Source: an uncultured Clostridia bacterium | GTDB taxonomy: Bacteria; Bacillota; Clostridia; Oscillospirales; Ruminococcaceae | DNA length: 64,000 nucleotides | NCBI GenBank assembly: GCA_944386805.1 | Contig: CALXCO010000008.1 | Span: forward strand, 2,649 to 66,648 | Direction of reading: 5' to 3' | In this document: in pieces, positions 8,755-18,973 of the stretch | How positions within the stretch are numbered: the stretch's first letter is position 1 | Layout of the letters: each line of letters starts with the position of its first letter | Program-made: the position numbers and the translations under genes | Notes under the pieces: generated by a model | Databases searched by the model: none | Seen by the model: only the letters and a program-made list of their open reading frames with translations | What the model was told of the DNA's origin: nothing

Positions 8755-11148
8755 TTATTTAATTGGAGATTCACCGGCATCCTGTTCCCAAAAATTTTCT
8801 TCCAGACGCAGCAGCTGATCAGGACTGCGGACAATTTCCGCACCGTTCCAGTGCGGCGGACAGAGCATCCGATACCCACCTGTCAGGTACCGGTCGTCCA
8901 GCAGCAGTACCACCCCACGGTCAGTCGCAGTCCGGATGACCCGTCCGGCAGCCTGTAACACCCGGTTCATGCCCGGAAACCGGTAGGCATAGTCAAACCC
9001 GCTCCCAAAACGTGCGTCCATATACTCCCGGAGTTTTTCCTGCCGTGGGCTGACCATCGGCAGCCCCACCCCGATGACCGCCGTCCCGATCAGCCGTTCG
9101 CCGGTCAGGTCGATGCCTTCCCCGAACACGCCGCCCATTACGCCAAACCCCAGCAGGGTCCGGTCGGGTGTCTCCGCAAAATGGGACAAGAACTCCTCCC
9201 GTGCAGCGTCGTCCATTCCCGAATGCTGTACAATGGTCGCAACCTCCGGGTGCGCCTGCTCAAACAGCTCCAGCACCATCTGCAAATAGGCATAGCTTGG
9301 GAAATACGCCATATAGTTGCCGGTTTTTCCGGCGGTCATTGCGTAGAGATACTCGGCGACAGCCGGTGCACTTCCCTCCCGGTCACGGTAACGGGTGCTG
9401 ATATCATCGGCGATATACAGCCCCAGATTGCTGCGTGGAAAGGGACTGGGCAGCGATACACACCGTGCTTCCCCACATCCGCAGATATCCCGGTAAAATC
9501 TGGGCGGCGAGAGGGTCGCCGAAAACAGTACGCTCCCTCTGCCAAGTGCAAAACAGTCGGACAGAAAATCCGACGGGTCAAGGCACAAAAGCGTAATCTC
9601 CGATTCCCGCCCATACGCCGAAACCTGAGTGATATAATGGCTGTCATAGCCATCTGCGACCCGCAGAAAGTCCTGTATCAGAAAATACAACGTCAGCACA
9701 GCGTCGTGCTCTTCACCCTCTCGGTGACGGTCAAGGTACTCCTGTGCCGGACCGACCATCCCAGCCAGCTGGGCAACCAGGCTTTCCGGCGGCTGGTCCT
9801 GAAAAAAGGTCCGGTTCTCTTCCCCGTCGGCAATCTCCCGCAGTCGGTCAAAAGAGCGCTCCATCTCCCGAATCAGAGTTTTGATCTTCGGCTTTTTGCG
9901 GCCAAACACTGCGGCGGTCTCGGTAAAATCCGACCGCCGGAGTGCAGCTGAGTACATATCCCGTGCACGGTCGGGAAGGTTGTGTGCCTCGTCCACCAGA
10001 AAAAGATAATCCCCTCCGCCATCAAAAAAACGCCGGAGCGCAACCTTCGGGTCAAACAGATAGTTATAGTCTCCGACAATCAGGTCGCACCAGAGGGACA
10101 AATCCAGCTGAAACTCAAACGGGCAGAGGGTGTGTTCCTTTGCCAGACGCTCGATGTCCTCCCGTGTAAAACAGTCCTCCTGCAAAGCCTCGGCTATCCC
10201 TGAACGCAGGCGGTCATAATACCCGTTGGCATAGGGGCAGTCTTCCGGCGTACAGCTCCGCTGCTCCAGAAAGCAGAGCTTTTCTTTGGAGGTCAGCGTC
10301 AGGTTTTTCAGCCGCAATGGTGCTGCATTCTGCTCGCGCAGAATCCGGACTGCGTTTTCTGCCGCGTGCGCCGCCGTCCCTCTCGCCGTCAGATAAAATA
10401 CCCGGTCACCATACCCTTCGCCCAGTGCCTTGAGTGCCGGGAAGATACTGCTCATCGACTTGCCGGTGCCGGTCGGCGCCTGACAGAGCAGCAGCCGCTC
10501 ATCCCGGAAGGTCCTGAAAATCTCACCGGCCATCTCCCGCTGTCCCGGACGATATGCCGCAAATGGAAAGGTCAGCCCGGCCAGTGATGCAGTCCGTTCC
10601 CGGCGCCAGTCGTTCTCCCGCTTTGCCCAGGGAGAATACTCCTCCAGAAGTCCGCGCAGATATTCCTCAAACCACCCGGCATCCTGCTCTTCGGTATACT
10701 GAACCGTCTGCTGCAAATCAATCCGGAAATAGCTCAGCTGTACCCGTGCACGGGAAATCCCCTCACTTTCGCACAGCAGCGCTGCGTAAATCCTTGCCTG
10801 TGCCCAATGTTCCGGGCAGCTGTCCCGCTCAATCTCGCCTTCAACCGTCTTGATCTCGTCGATTGTACGAATACCGTCGGGCGATGTGAAAATCCCGTCT
10901 GCCCGGCCGTCAATCTGATAATGAATCCCGCTTTGGAGGCGCTCACCTTTTAAGTATACCTCACTCTGGTAGTCACTGCCCTCCTGTTTTTTATAAGCAG
11001 CCTGCAATCGCCGGTGAATGCGTGCGCCCTCCTGCGCACGCATCAGGCCGCCATGCCGGCTGTCGATGCTGCCGCTGCGCAGCAGGAATTCCGCCAGCTC
11101 TCGCGCTGATAACCGAACGACCGATATTTCCTCTGGATGCTCTGCCAA
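8755..11148 (-). CDS. DinG/XPD-family Fe-S DNA helicase with an N-terminal PD-(D/E)xK nuclease-like domain
   Basis: 797 aa. N-terminus has QIDGRADGIF...IDEIKT. Then Walker A APTGTGKS, DEAH box VDEAHN, a Cys cluster CFLEQRSCTPEDCPY...C, and a C-terminal helicase lobe. TTG start after AAGAAGG. Confidence 0.85.
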   Translation of the reverse strand: MAEHPEEISVVRLSARELAEFLLRSGSIDSRHGGLMRAQEGARIHRRLQAAYKKQEGSDYQSEVYLKGERLQSGIHYQIDGRADGIFTSPDGIRTIDEIKTVEGEIERDSCPEHWAQARIYAALLCESEGISRARVQLSYFRIDLQQTVQYTEEQDAGWFEEYLRGLLEEYSPWAKRENDWRRERTASLAGLTFPFAAYRPGQREMAGEIFRTFRDERLLLCQAPTGTGKSMSSIFPALKALGEGYGDRVFYLTARGTAAHAAENAVRILREQNAAPLRLKNLTLTSKEKLCFLEQRSCTPEDCPYANGYYDRLRSGIAEALQEDCFTREDIERLAKEHTLCPFEFQLDLSLWCDLIVGDYNYLFDPKVALRRFFDGGGDYLFLVDEAHNLPDRARDMYSAALRRSDFTETAAVFGRKKPKIKTLIREMERSFDRLREIADGEENRTFFQDQPPESLVAQLAGMVGPAQEYLDRHREGEEHDAVLTLYFLIQDFLRVADGYDSHYITQVSAYGRESEITLLCLDPSDFLSDCFALGRGSVLFSATLSPPRFYRDICGCGEARCVSLPSPFPRSNLGLYIADDISTRYRDREGSAPAVAEYLYAMTAGKTGNYMAYFPSYAYLQMVLELFEQAHPEVATIVQHSGMDDAAREEFLSHFAETPDRTLLGFGVMGGVFGEGIDLTGERLIGTAVIGVGLPMVSPRQEKLREYMDARFGSGFDYAYRFPGMNRVLQAAGRVIRTATDRGVVLLLDDRYLTGGYRMLCPPHWNGAEIVRSPDQLLRLEENFWEQDAGESPIK

Positions 11149-11247
11149 GCGACAACCTTCTTTCTTATTTTTTTACAAAAAAATACATGTATTCTCTGCG
11201 ATTTTGTGCTAGAATATAAGTAACGAATCATTCCAGGAGGGATCGTT

Positions 11248-12852
11248 ATGAAACTGACTTTTATCGGAGCCAACCACGAAGTAACTGGCAGCTGTCATTA
11301 TCTGGAAACCTGTGGAAAAAAAATCATCGTTGACTATGGCATGGAACAGGGTATCAATGTCTTTCAAAATGCGCCTGCTCCCTTTTCCGCCGCTGAAACA
11401 GATATTGTCCTGATTACCCACGCACATATCGACCATACCGGTCTGCTCCCGCTGCTCTTCCGTCAGGGATTCCGCGGCAAAATCTACGCAACCTCGGCTA
11501 CAACCGAACTGTGCCAGATTATGCTGCGTGACTGTGCCCATATCCAGGAAGCGGACGCAGAATGGATTACCCGTAAACATAAGCGCGCCGGTACCGAACC
11601 GGTCGAACCGCTCTTCACAATGGAAGACGCGGAAGGCGTCCTCAAGTTGTTCCATCCCTGTCACTACGGCGTTCAGGTCAGTATCGCCGACGGTATCTCC
11701 ATCCGTTTTATCGACGCAGGCCATCTGCTCGGCTCATCCAGCATCGAAGTCTGGCTGAACGAGGACGGTGTACAGAAAAAGCTGATCTTCTCAGGCGATA
11801 TCGGCAACCTGAACCAGCCGCTGATTAAAAACCCGACCTACCCGGAAACCGCCGATTATGTCATCATGGAATCGACTTACGGCGACCGCAGCCACGGGCC
11901 GAAACCCGATTATGAGAAAAACCTCGCCGCGATTATCGAAGAAACCTATGCACGCGGCGGCAATGTCGTCATCCCCTGTTTTGCGGTCGGCCGCACACAG
12001 GAGGTCCTCTATTTCCTGCGCAAAATCCGCGCCGACAACATGGCAAAGGGTTTTGAAAATATGGAGGTCTGGCTGGACTCCCCGCTCGCAATCGAAGCAA
12101 CCCGGATTTTCGATGAACAGACACGGGAATGTTTTGACGAGGAAACCCTCGCGCTGATGGACGCCGGTATCAACCCGTTACAGTTTGACGGACTGCGGCT
12201 GGCCATTACGTCGGATGAATCCAAACTGATCAATGAAGACCCCGCTCCGAAAGTCATCCTTTCGGCATCGGGCATGTGTGATGCCGGACGTATCCGCCAC
12301 CACCTCAAGCACAACCTCTGGCGGAGCGATTCGACGATCGTCTTTGCCGGTTATCAGGCCGTCGGTACCCTTGGACGCAGCCTGCTGGACGGTGCAAAGG
12401 ACGTCCGTCTGTTCGGCGAAGAAATTCATGTCGCCGCCCGTATCTGCCGGATTGACGGCATCTCCGGCCATGCAGACCGGGAAGGGCTGCTCCGCTGGAT
12501 TTCGTCCTTTACAGAAAAACCCCAGAAGGTCTTTATTGTACATGGCGAAGACCTGACCGCCGACCTGTTCGCCTCGACACTCCGCAGCCGGCTGGGGCTG
12601 GACGCAGAAGCACCATACAGCGGTTCGGTGTTCGACATCGCCAAAGGCCGCTGGGAAGTCCGTGCACAGCCGCGCCGGGTCGAAAAACTCGAAAGCAAGT
12701 CTTCCAGCCGTGCCAATACCGTCTTTGGACGGCTGGTCGCTGCCGGTCAGCGGCTGGTCGCTGTCATCAAGCAGAACGAGGGCGTCGCCAACAAGGACCT
12801 CGCCAAGTTTGCCGATCAGATCAACGCACTTTGTGACAAATGGCAGCGGTAA
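11248..12852 (+). CDS. MBL-fold beta-CASP family (RNA) nuclease
   Basis: 534 aa. HAHIDHTG motif, beta-CASP region and SGHADREGL near the C-terminal lobe. RBS AGGAGGG. Confidence 0.85.
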   Translation: MKLTFIGANHEVTGSCHYLETCGKKIIVDYGMEQGINVFQNAPAPFSAAETDIVLITHAHIDHTGLLPLLFRQGFRGKIYATSATTELCQIMLRDCAHIQEADAEWITRKHKRAGTEPVEPLFTMEDAEGVLKLFHPCHYGVQVSIADGISIRFIDAGHLLGSSSIEVWLNEDGVQKKLIFSGDIGNLNQPLIKNPTYPETADYVIMESTYGDRSHGPKPDYEKNLAAIIEETYARGGNVVIPCFAVGRTQEVLYFLRKIRADNMAKGFENMEVWLDSPLAIEATRIFDEQTRECFDEETLALMDAGINPLQFDGLRLAITSDESKLINEDPAPKVILSASGMCDAGRIRHHLKHNLWRSDSTIVFAGYQAVGTLGRSLLDGAKDVRLFGEEIHVAARICRIDGISGHADREGLLRWISSFTEKPQKVFIVHGEDLTADLFASTLRSRLGLDAEAPYSGSVFDIAKGRWEVRAQPRRVEKLESKSSSRANTVFGRLVAAGQRLVAVIKQNEGVANKDLAKFADQINALCDKWQR

Positions 12853-12855
12853 CCG

Positions 12856-13617
12856 TTATTTCAGCTGCAAAAATTCCCGGATGGCGGTCTGTGTACCGGC
12901 CATGATCGAGGTTTTGACATTGAGGTCAGCAGGGGTTCCGTCCATCGTCATCAGGACACCGCCTGCTTCCCTTAAAATGCAGCTTGCAGCTGCATAGTCC
13001 CAAGGCGACAGGATACATTCAAAAAACAGTACGTTGCGGTTCGCCGCAACATAGCAGATGTCCAGAGCGGCACTTCCCTGACGGCGCAGGTCCATCGTAT
13101 GAGGCAGCAGCTTTTTCAGCAGGGCAAAGGTCGCATCGGTATATTCCGCATTATAGGGAGAGGTTCCAAAACAGATGACCCCATCTTTTAACCCTCTCTC
13201 CCTGACCGACAAGCGCTTTCCATTCAGGAAGGCGCCTTTTCCTTTTTCTGCCCAGTACATCTCATCCCGGAAAGGATTGTAGACAACCCCCATCACGACT
13301 TCACCGTCCAGCGCAAGTCCGACCGAGACTGCGCTCATCTGATAGCCGCAGATGAAGTTGGTCGTCCCGTCAATCGGGTCGACGACAAAGGTGTAGCCCT
13401 TGCCTGCCTTGACCTGACAGCCCTCTTCCTCGCCGAGAAAAGCTGCCTCCGGCAGCAGGTCGGCCAGTTCCTTCCGCAGGAACCGCTGGACGGCTACGTC
13501 ATAGACGGTTACAAAATTGGCGTGTCCTTCTTTGGCTGTGATATCCGACTCAGCGACGGACGCGTCCAGCATGATTGCGCCTGCACGGCGGACGATATTT
13601 TTGAGTTGTTCCAGCAT
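12856..13617 (-). CDS. Inositol monophosphatase family protein (SuhB-like)
   Basis: 253 aa. GEEEG, VDPIDGTTNF and WDYAAA motifs. Confidence 0.9.
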   Translation of the reverse strand: MLEQLKNIVRRAGAIMLDASVAESDITAKEGHANFVTVYDVAVQRFLRKELADLLPEAAFLGEEEGCQVKAGKGYTFVVDPIDGTTNFICGYQMSAVSVGLALDGEVVMGVVYNPFRDEMYWAEKGKGAFLNGKRLSVRERGLKDGVICFGTSPYNAEYTDATFALLKKLLPHTMDLRRQGSAALDICYVAANRNVLFFECILSPWDYAAASCILREAGGVLMTMDGTPADLNVKTSIMAGTQTAIREFLQLK

Positions 13618-13784
13618 ACTGATAACTTCCTTTCCAAATCATCCCGTTTTGTTCCAGTATAACACACGTTCTCCGCCGATGCAATCATCAACCACTTTCG
13701 CAGCGGCATATACAAAATAAGCAGGCATATTGAAAAATGGGCATAAAAAATCCTCTCCGCTTTCGGGCAGAGAGGATTTCCATT

Positions 13785-14453
13785 TTACAAAAGTGCACGA
13801 ATCGGGGTCTTGACCGCACCGCGGCGCCAGTTGCAATGATAGGTCCAGTGGTACATGATGACCGCAAGCGCCGTTCCGCAGAACAGGTCGATCACCGAAT
13901 GCTGTTTCAAAAAGACGGTCGCCAGGCAGATCAGCACCGACAGCACAATCAGAAATGCTTTCAGCATCCGTTTGCCGGTAAACCGCGGCGAACGCATCAC
14001 TGCCATCAGCACCCCAAGCGTCGCAAACACATGAATCGACGGGCAGACATTGGTCGCAGTGTCGACCTTGCGCAGCATGATGACCAGCTGGGAGCAGACA
14101 TCATGCCCGGTGATCATCTCCCGCAGGTGGATGCCATTGGGGACGACGGCGTAAATCGCAAGGCAGATGGTCATGCCGGTGAACAGCATAAAGCACAGGT
14201 CAAGAAACTCTTCCTTGCTGGTGAACATAAAGTACCCGATCACCGCCGGGATCAGCAAAAACCATGCAAAATACGGAATGATAAACAGCGAGTTAAACGG
14301 AATCAGATCATCCAGCGGACAACGGACAATGACGATCGGACGCAGATACTGTTCCTCCAGCGTAAAAACCGTCATATAAAAGAAGAAGTACAACAGGATG
14401 AAACAGTAATTGTGACTTTCAATCCAGCCACGGACATTGCGGATCAGCCGCAT
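13785..14453 (-). CDS. PAP2-like integral membrane (lipid) phosphatase family protein
   Basis: 222 aa, about 6 TM segments. CPSIHV-type motif. Good RBS AAAAGGAG. Family assignment is by recall only. Confidence 0.65.
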   Translation of the reverse strand: MRLIRNVRGWIESHNYCFILLYFFFYMTVFTLEEQYLRPIVIVRCPLDDLIPFNSLFIIPYFAWFLLIPAVIGYFMFTSKEEFLDLCFMLFTGMTICLAIYAVVPNGIHLREMITGHDVCSQLVIMLRKVDTATNVCPSIHVFATLGVLMAVMRSPRFTGKRMLKAFLIVLSVLICLATVFLKQHSVIDLFCGTALAVIMYHWTYHCNWRRGAVKTPIRALL

Positions 14454-14493
14454 AAACTCAAACTCCTTTTCAGATCAAACGAAGGATATGTAC

Positions 14494-15516
14494 TCAGTTG
14501 AACGCGACTACGCTGTGAGCAAAACGGTAGCAGAAGATAGAAAGACGTCTTCCGACCTTCCCTGGGAAGTTGACAAACGACGCCAGCGAAAAATACCGGA
14601 TGCGTTTTGCCAGCGCAGGGTTGATCGAGCGGGCATATTCCCACATCTTCTTAACCTCTTCCTCCGCTTCATCGGTCATGCTCAGCCGGGTGAAGATCGA
14701 CGCAATCGTCATCATCAGCACCAGCTCATGATACATATACCGGGCAAGCTTGGGATTTTCCTGTTTCAGTTTACCGAGGTCGTGGGCCGCAAAGATCTCC
14801 TTGCTGACCAGCATCTGATGGCTCCAGCGCTTGACCATTGTCGCCTCGGCGACCGACTGCCCTTCCCGGCCAATCAGATACCGATAAAAATCGGCGTTCA
14901 GGTACAGGACCTTTTTGGTGAGCGGCAGCGGATCGTAAACAAACAGGTTATCTTCATAAAAAATATGCTTGGGAAGTACCCGGCCGCACTTGCGCAGGAT
15001 CTCGGTCCGGTAAATCGCCGAGTGCAGCGTCAGATACTGAGAGGCACCGAAATGATGGGTCTGATCCCATGTCACCAGTTTTCCGTCCGGGAAAACATTC
15101 TGATAACAGATTGTTTTGGTGGGACTCCCGTCCGAATACTCATATACATAGTTGCAGACAATCAGGTCGGCTTCCTTTTCAGGGGAATCCATCCCACGAA
15201 TTGCATCCAGCACCCGTTTCAGCGCCGCCTCGTTGACCCAGTCATCCGAGTCGACGACCTTAAAAAACTGTCCGGTCGCGTGTGCAAGGCCCTGATTGAT
15301 GCCCTCACCGTGGCCGCCGTTTTCCTGATGAATCGCGCGGCAGATTCCAGGATATTCCCGTTCATACCGGTCAGCTATCTCACCCGTCTCGTCCTTAGAG
15401 CCATCATCAATAATCAGAATTTCGACCTCGTCCCCGCCTTTTAACAGGCTGTCGATACATTTGCTCATATACCCGGCAGAATTGTAGCAGGGAACTGTAA
15501 AGGTTATCCGTTTCAT
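14494..15516 (-). CDS. Family 2 glycosyltransferase
   Basis: 340 aa. TVPCYNSAGYM...IIDDGSKDET...DSDDW pattern. Confidence 0.9.
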   Translation of the reverse strand: MKRITFTVPCYNSAGYMSKCIDSLLKGGDEVEILIIDDGSKDETGEIADRYEREYPGICRAIHQENGGHGEGINQGLAHATGQFFKVVDSDDWVNEAALKRVLDAIRGMDSPEKEADLIVCNYVYEYSDGSPTKTICYQNVFPDGKLVTWDQTHHFGASQYLTLHSAIYRTEILRKCGRVLPKHIFYEDNLFVYDPLPLTKKVLYLNADFYRYLIGREGQSVAEATMVKRWSHQMLVSKEIFAAHDLGKLKQENPKLARYMYHELVLMMTIASIFTRLSMTDEAEEEVKKMWEYARSINPALAKRIRYFSLASFVNFPGKVGRRLSIFCYRFAHSVVAFN

Positions 15517-15801
15517 TTATTACATCCTTTTTTTCGATACTCCTATATTGTCCGGACAGACACGCAGGCATCTGCTGACCTATAACCATTATTATAGCCA
15601 TTCCGTTTTTTTTGTCAAGAAACGGAATGTTGATTTGTGCAGATAATCACCCGTTTCTGCGATTTAATCAAAAAAAAATATTTTTTCACACCGCTTCCGG
15701 TCAGTTTGCTTCAGAAGAGAAAACCCCTCTTCCATTTTTCTGCAAATTCCGCTATAATATATTTATTCTATGCGTTCATTCTATGAAAAGGAGTTCCTGT
15801 C

Positions 15802-16941
15802 ATGCATTATGATACCATTATCATCGGTGCGGGATATGCCGGGGCTGTCTCGGCCAGGCTTCTGGCGGAAAAGGGCGAAAAGGTCCTGATTCTTGAACAG
15901 CGCCCCCACATCGGCGGCAATGCCTATGACCGGCTGGATGACGCCGGCGTCCTGATTCACCAGTATGGTCCCCATATCTTCCATACCAATTCTGAAAAAG
16001 TTTTTGATTTCCTGTCCCGCTTTACCGAATGGCGGGATTACCAGCACCGGGTCGTCGCCCGCTTCCTGCCGGGAAGCGATGCGGTCATGCCGGTCCCCTT
16101 TAACCTCACTTCCCTGCGGATTGCGTTTGGTGAAGAGGAGGGCGCACGGCTGGAAGAAAAGCTCTGCGCACGGTTCGGCCGTGAGCAGAAGGTCGGCATT
16201 CTCGCCCTTCGCCAGGAAGAAGACGAAGACCTCAAAAAGGTGGCCGACTATGTTTATGAGCATGTCTTTGTCCATTATACCGTCAAACAGTGGGGCACAT
16301 CGCCTGAACAGATCGACCCTGCAACCACTGCCCGTGTACCGGTCTTCCTTTCGACCGACGACCGCTATTTCCAGGATAAATGGCAGGGTATCCCCAAAGA
16401 CGGCTACACCGCTATGTTTGAGAAGATGCTGGACCACCCCAATATCACCGTCCTGACCGGCACGCCTGCCGGTGAACGGATGCGCTTTGAGGAAAACATT
16501 CTGTTTGACGGTGTTCCCTTTGACGGAAAAATCATCTATACCGGTGCACTGGACGAGCTGTTTGACTGCCGGTTCGGGCGTCTGCCCTACCGGACGCTGG
16601 ACTTCAAGTTTGAAACGTTTGATCAGGAGTGGTACCAGCCCCGCGGCACAGTCAACTATACGGTTGACGAGGATTTTACCCGCATTACCGAATTTAAATA
16701 CTTTTCCGGCCAGACGCTCCCGAAAACAACGATTGTCAAAGAGTATTCCCGTCCCTATGCCGGCGCAGAGGGTGAAATTCCCTATTATGCCATCATCAAC
16801 CCGGAAAATATGGCGCTGTATGAGCGCTACAAAGCGCTTGCAGGCAAATATCCCGGACTGACCCTGCTCGGCCGACTCGCCGAATACCGTTATTACAATA
16901 TGGACGCAATCACCCTGCGGGCGATTGAAACCTTCGCATAA
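15802..16941 (+). CDS. glf: UDP-galactopyranose mutase
   Basis: 379 aa. FAD fold IIGAGYAGAV...LEQRPHIGGNAYD and overall Glf-like sequence. RBS AAAAGGAG. Confidence 0.9.
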   Translation: MHYDTIIIGAGYAGAVSARLLAEKGEKVLILEQRPHIGGNAYDRLDDAGVLIHQYGPHIFHTNSEKVFDFLSRFTEWRDYQHRVVARFLPGSDAVMPVPFNLTSLRIAFGEEEGARLEEKLCARFGREQKVGILALRQEEDEDLKKVADYVYEHVFVHYTVKQWGTSPEQIDPATTARVPVFLSTDDRYFQDKWQGIPKDGYTAMFEKMLDHPNITVLTGTPAGERMRFEENILFDGVPFDGKIIYTGALDELFDCRFGRLPYRTLDFKFETFDQEWYQPRGTVNYTVDEDFTRITEFKYFSGQTLPKTTIVKEYSRPYAGAEGEIPYYAIINPENMALYERYKALAGKYPGLTLLGRLAEYRYYNMDAITLRAIETFA

Positions 16942-16950
16942 CTGAAAAAC

Positions 16951-16990
16951 AACAGCGTATTGTGGTTTCCCACGGTGCGCTGTTTTTATA
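16951..16990 (+). terminator. Terminator after glf
   Basis: AACAGCG...CGCTGTT stem followed by TTTTTATA. Confidence 0.6.
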
Positions 16991-16994
16991 TTAC

Positions 16995-17040
16995 GTCAAA
17001 AGGACGGTGCAAAAGCAGCAGCTTTTACACCGTCCTTTCT
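16995..17040 (-). terminator. Terminator after glmS
   Basis: Long hairpin AAAGGACGGTG.AAAAGC-loop-GCTTTT.CACCGTCCTTT with a U-run on the minus strand. Confidence 0.75.
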
Positions 17041-17058
17041 CAGACAGCCATAATTTAA

Positions 17059-18897
17059 TTATTCAACCGTTACGCTCTTGGCAAGGTTTCTGGGTTTATC
17101 GACGTCCAGACCTCTTGCAACCGATACGTAATAACCCATCAACTGGAGCGGTACAACCGCCAGCGAAGTAGTGAAATGACGGTCGGTCTTCGGGATGTAA
17201 ACGGTGAAGTCGACGGTATCTTCCACATTGTAGTTGCCGTAGTTGGTCAGTCCCATCAGGTATGCGCCGCGGCTGCCGACTTCGACCATATTGCTGATCA
17301 TCTTCTCGTACAGCTCTTCCTGGGTCAGCACGCCGATGACCAGCGTGCCATCCTCAATCAGGCTGATGGTGCCATGTTTCAGCTCGCCTGCCGCGTATGC
17401 CTCCGAATGGATGTAACTGATCTCCTTCATCTTGAGGGAGCCTTCCAGGCTGATCGCATAGTCCAGACCGCGTCCGATAAAGAAGATGTCGTGTGCATTT
17501 GCGAATTTCGCCGCAAACCACTGAATCCGTTCCTTGTCGTCCAGCACCCGTTTGATCTTATCCGGCAGAGTCTCCAGTTCTTGAATCAATGCGGTATACT
17601 GCGCGTCGTCAATCGTCCCGCGTGCCTTTGCAAACTGAATCGACAGCATATATCCGACAATCAGCTGGGTCGAATACGCCTTTGTCGTCGCAACCGCAAT
17701 TTCCGGTCCTGCCAGTGTATAGAAGACATTGTCCGCCTCACGTGCAATCGACGAACCGACAACGTTGACAATGCCCAGTGTCCGGATGCCGCGGCCTTTC
17801 GCTTCGCGGAGTGCCGCAAGCGAGTCGGCGGTTTCGCCCGACTGGGATACGATGATGACCAGCGCGTCTTTGTCCAGCAGCGGACGGCGGTATCTGAACT
17901 CACTCGCAAGGTCGACCCGTACCGGAATCCGTGCCAGATCTTCCATGACATACTGGGTCGCAACGCCGACATGGTAAGCGCTGCCGCAGGCGACAATATG
18001 AACCTCGCTGATGCCGCGAATGACGTCATCGGTCAGGCCGACTTCGGTCAGGTCAATCTGACCGTCGTGGACAGCCGAATGGATGGTATCCTGTACCGCA
18101 CGGGGCTGTTCATGGATTTCCTTCATCATAAAGTGCTCGAAGCCGCCCTTTTCAGCTGCTTCTGCGTCCCATTTGATTTCGGTCAGTTCCTTTTCGATTT
18201 CTTCCCGGTCGATATTGAAGAAGGTAACCTTACCCTTTTCAAGGCGGGCAATCTCCATATTGCCGATATAATAAACATTGCGGGTATATTTGAGGATGGC
18301 CGGAACGTCGGAAGCAAGGTAGCTCTCTCCGTCCTCGACGCCGATAATCATCGGAGAATCCTTACGGGCAACGTAGATCTCCTCCGGTGCACATTCAAAC
18401 ATGACGGCCAGTGCATAGCTGCCGCGAATCCGCATCATCGCGCGTGCCAGCGCATCGACCGGACCGCCGTTATATTTTTTATAATAATAATCAATCAGTT
18501 TAACAGCAACTTCGGTATCTGTCTGAGAAACGAATTTGTAGCCGTTTTTCAGCAGCTTTTCCCGCAGTTCCTGATAGTTCTCGATAATTCCGTTATGAAC
18601 GGCAACAACTGCCAGATCGTCACTCGCATGAGGGTGTGCATTGACCTCGGACGGTTCCCCATGGGTCGCCCATCTGGTGTGACCGATACCGCAGCAGCCT
18701 ACCAGCGTATTTCCGCCGTCGGTCTTTTCGTACAGTACCCGCAGACGTCCCTTTGCCTTGACAATGACGGGTGTCTCCTCACCGTTGCGCACTGCCAGAC
18801 CAGCTGAGTCGTATCCTCTGTATTCCAGTTTGGCAAGCCCGTCAAGCAGGATTGGAGCTGCCTGTCTTCTGCCGGTAAATCCAACGATTCCGCACAT
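17059..18897 (-). CDS. glmS: Glutamine--fructose-6-phosphate aminotransferase
   Basis: 612 aa. MCGIVGF Ntn start, two SIS domains, C-terminal AKSVTVE. Confidence 0.97.
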   Translation of the reverse strand: MCGIVGFTGRRQAAPILLDGLAKLEYRGYDSAGLAVRNGEETPVIVKAKGRLRVLYEKTDGGNTLVGCCGIGHTRWATHGEPSEVNAHPHASDDLAVVAVHNGIIENYQELREKLLKNGYKFVSQTDTEVAVKLIDYYYKKYNGGPVDALARAMMRIRGSYALAVMFECAPEEIYVARKDSPMIIGVEDGESYLASDVPAILKYTRNVYYIGNMEIARLEKGKVTFFNIDREEIEKELTEIKWDAEAAEKGGFEHFMMKEIHEQPRAVQDTIHSAVHDGQIDLTEVGLTDDVIRGISEVHIVACGSAYHVGVATQYVMEDLARIPVRVDLASEFRYRRPLLDKDALVIIVSQSGETADSLAALREAKGRGIRTLGIVNVVGSSIAREADNVFYTLAGPEIAVATTKAYSTQLIVGYMLSIQFAKARGTIDDAQYTALIQELETLPDKIKRVLDDKERIQWFAAKFANAHDIFFIGRGLDYAISLEGSLKMKEISYIHSEAYAAGELKHGTISLIEDGTLVIGVLTQEELYEKMISNMVEVGSRGAYLMGLTNYGNYNVEDTVDFTVYIPKTDRHFTTSLAVVPLQLMGYYVSVARGLDVDKPRNLAKSVTVE

Positions 18898-18973
18898 AGA
18901 TAACCCTTCCTTTCTGGTTCAGGCCGGCCGCCGCGGATTGACCATCCGCAACTGCCGGCAGTTCATCCTTTTC

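Noticed and set aside
18898-18973. glmS ribozyme expected upstream of glmS.
   Set aside because: The spacer is only 76 nt and lacks the conserved ribozyme core. The operon leader (21065-21107) is also too short.
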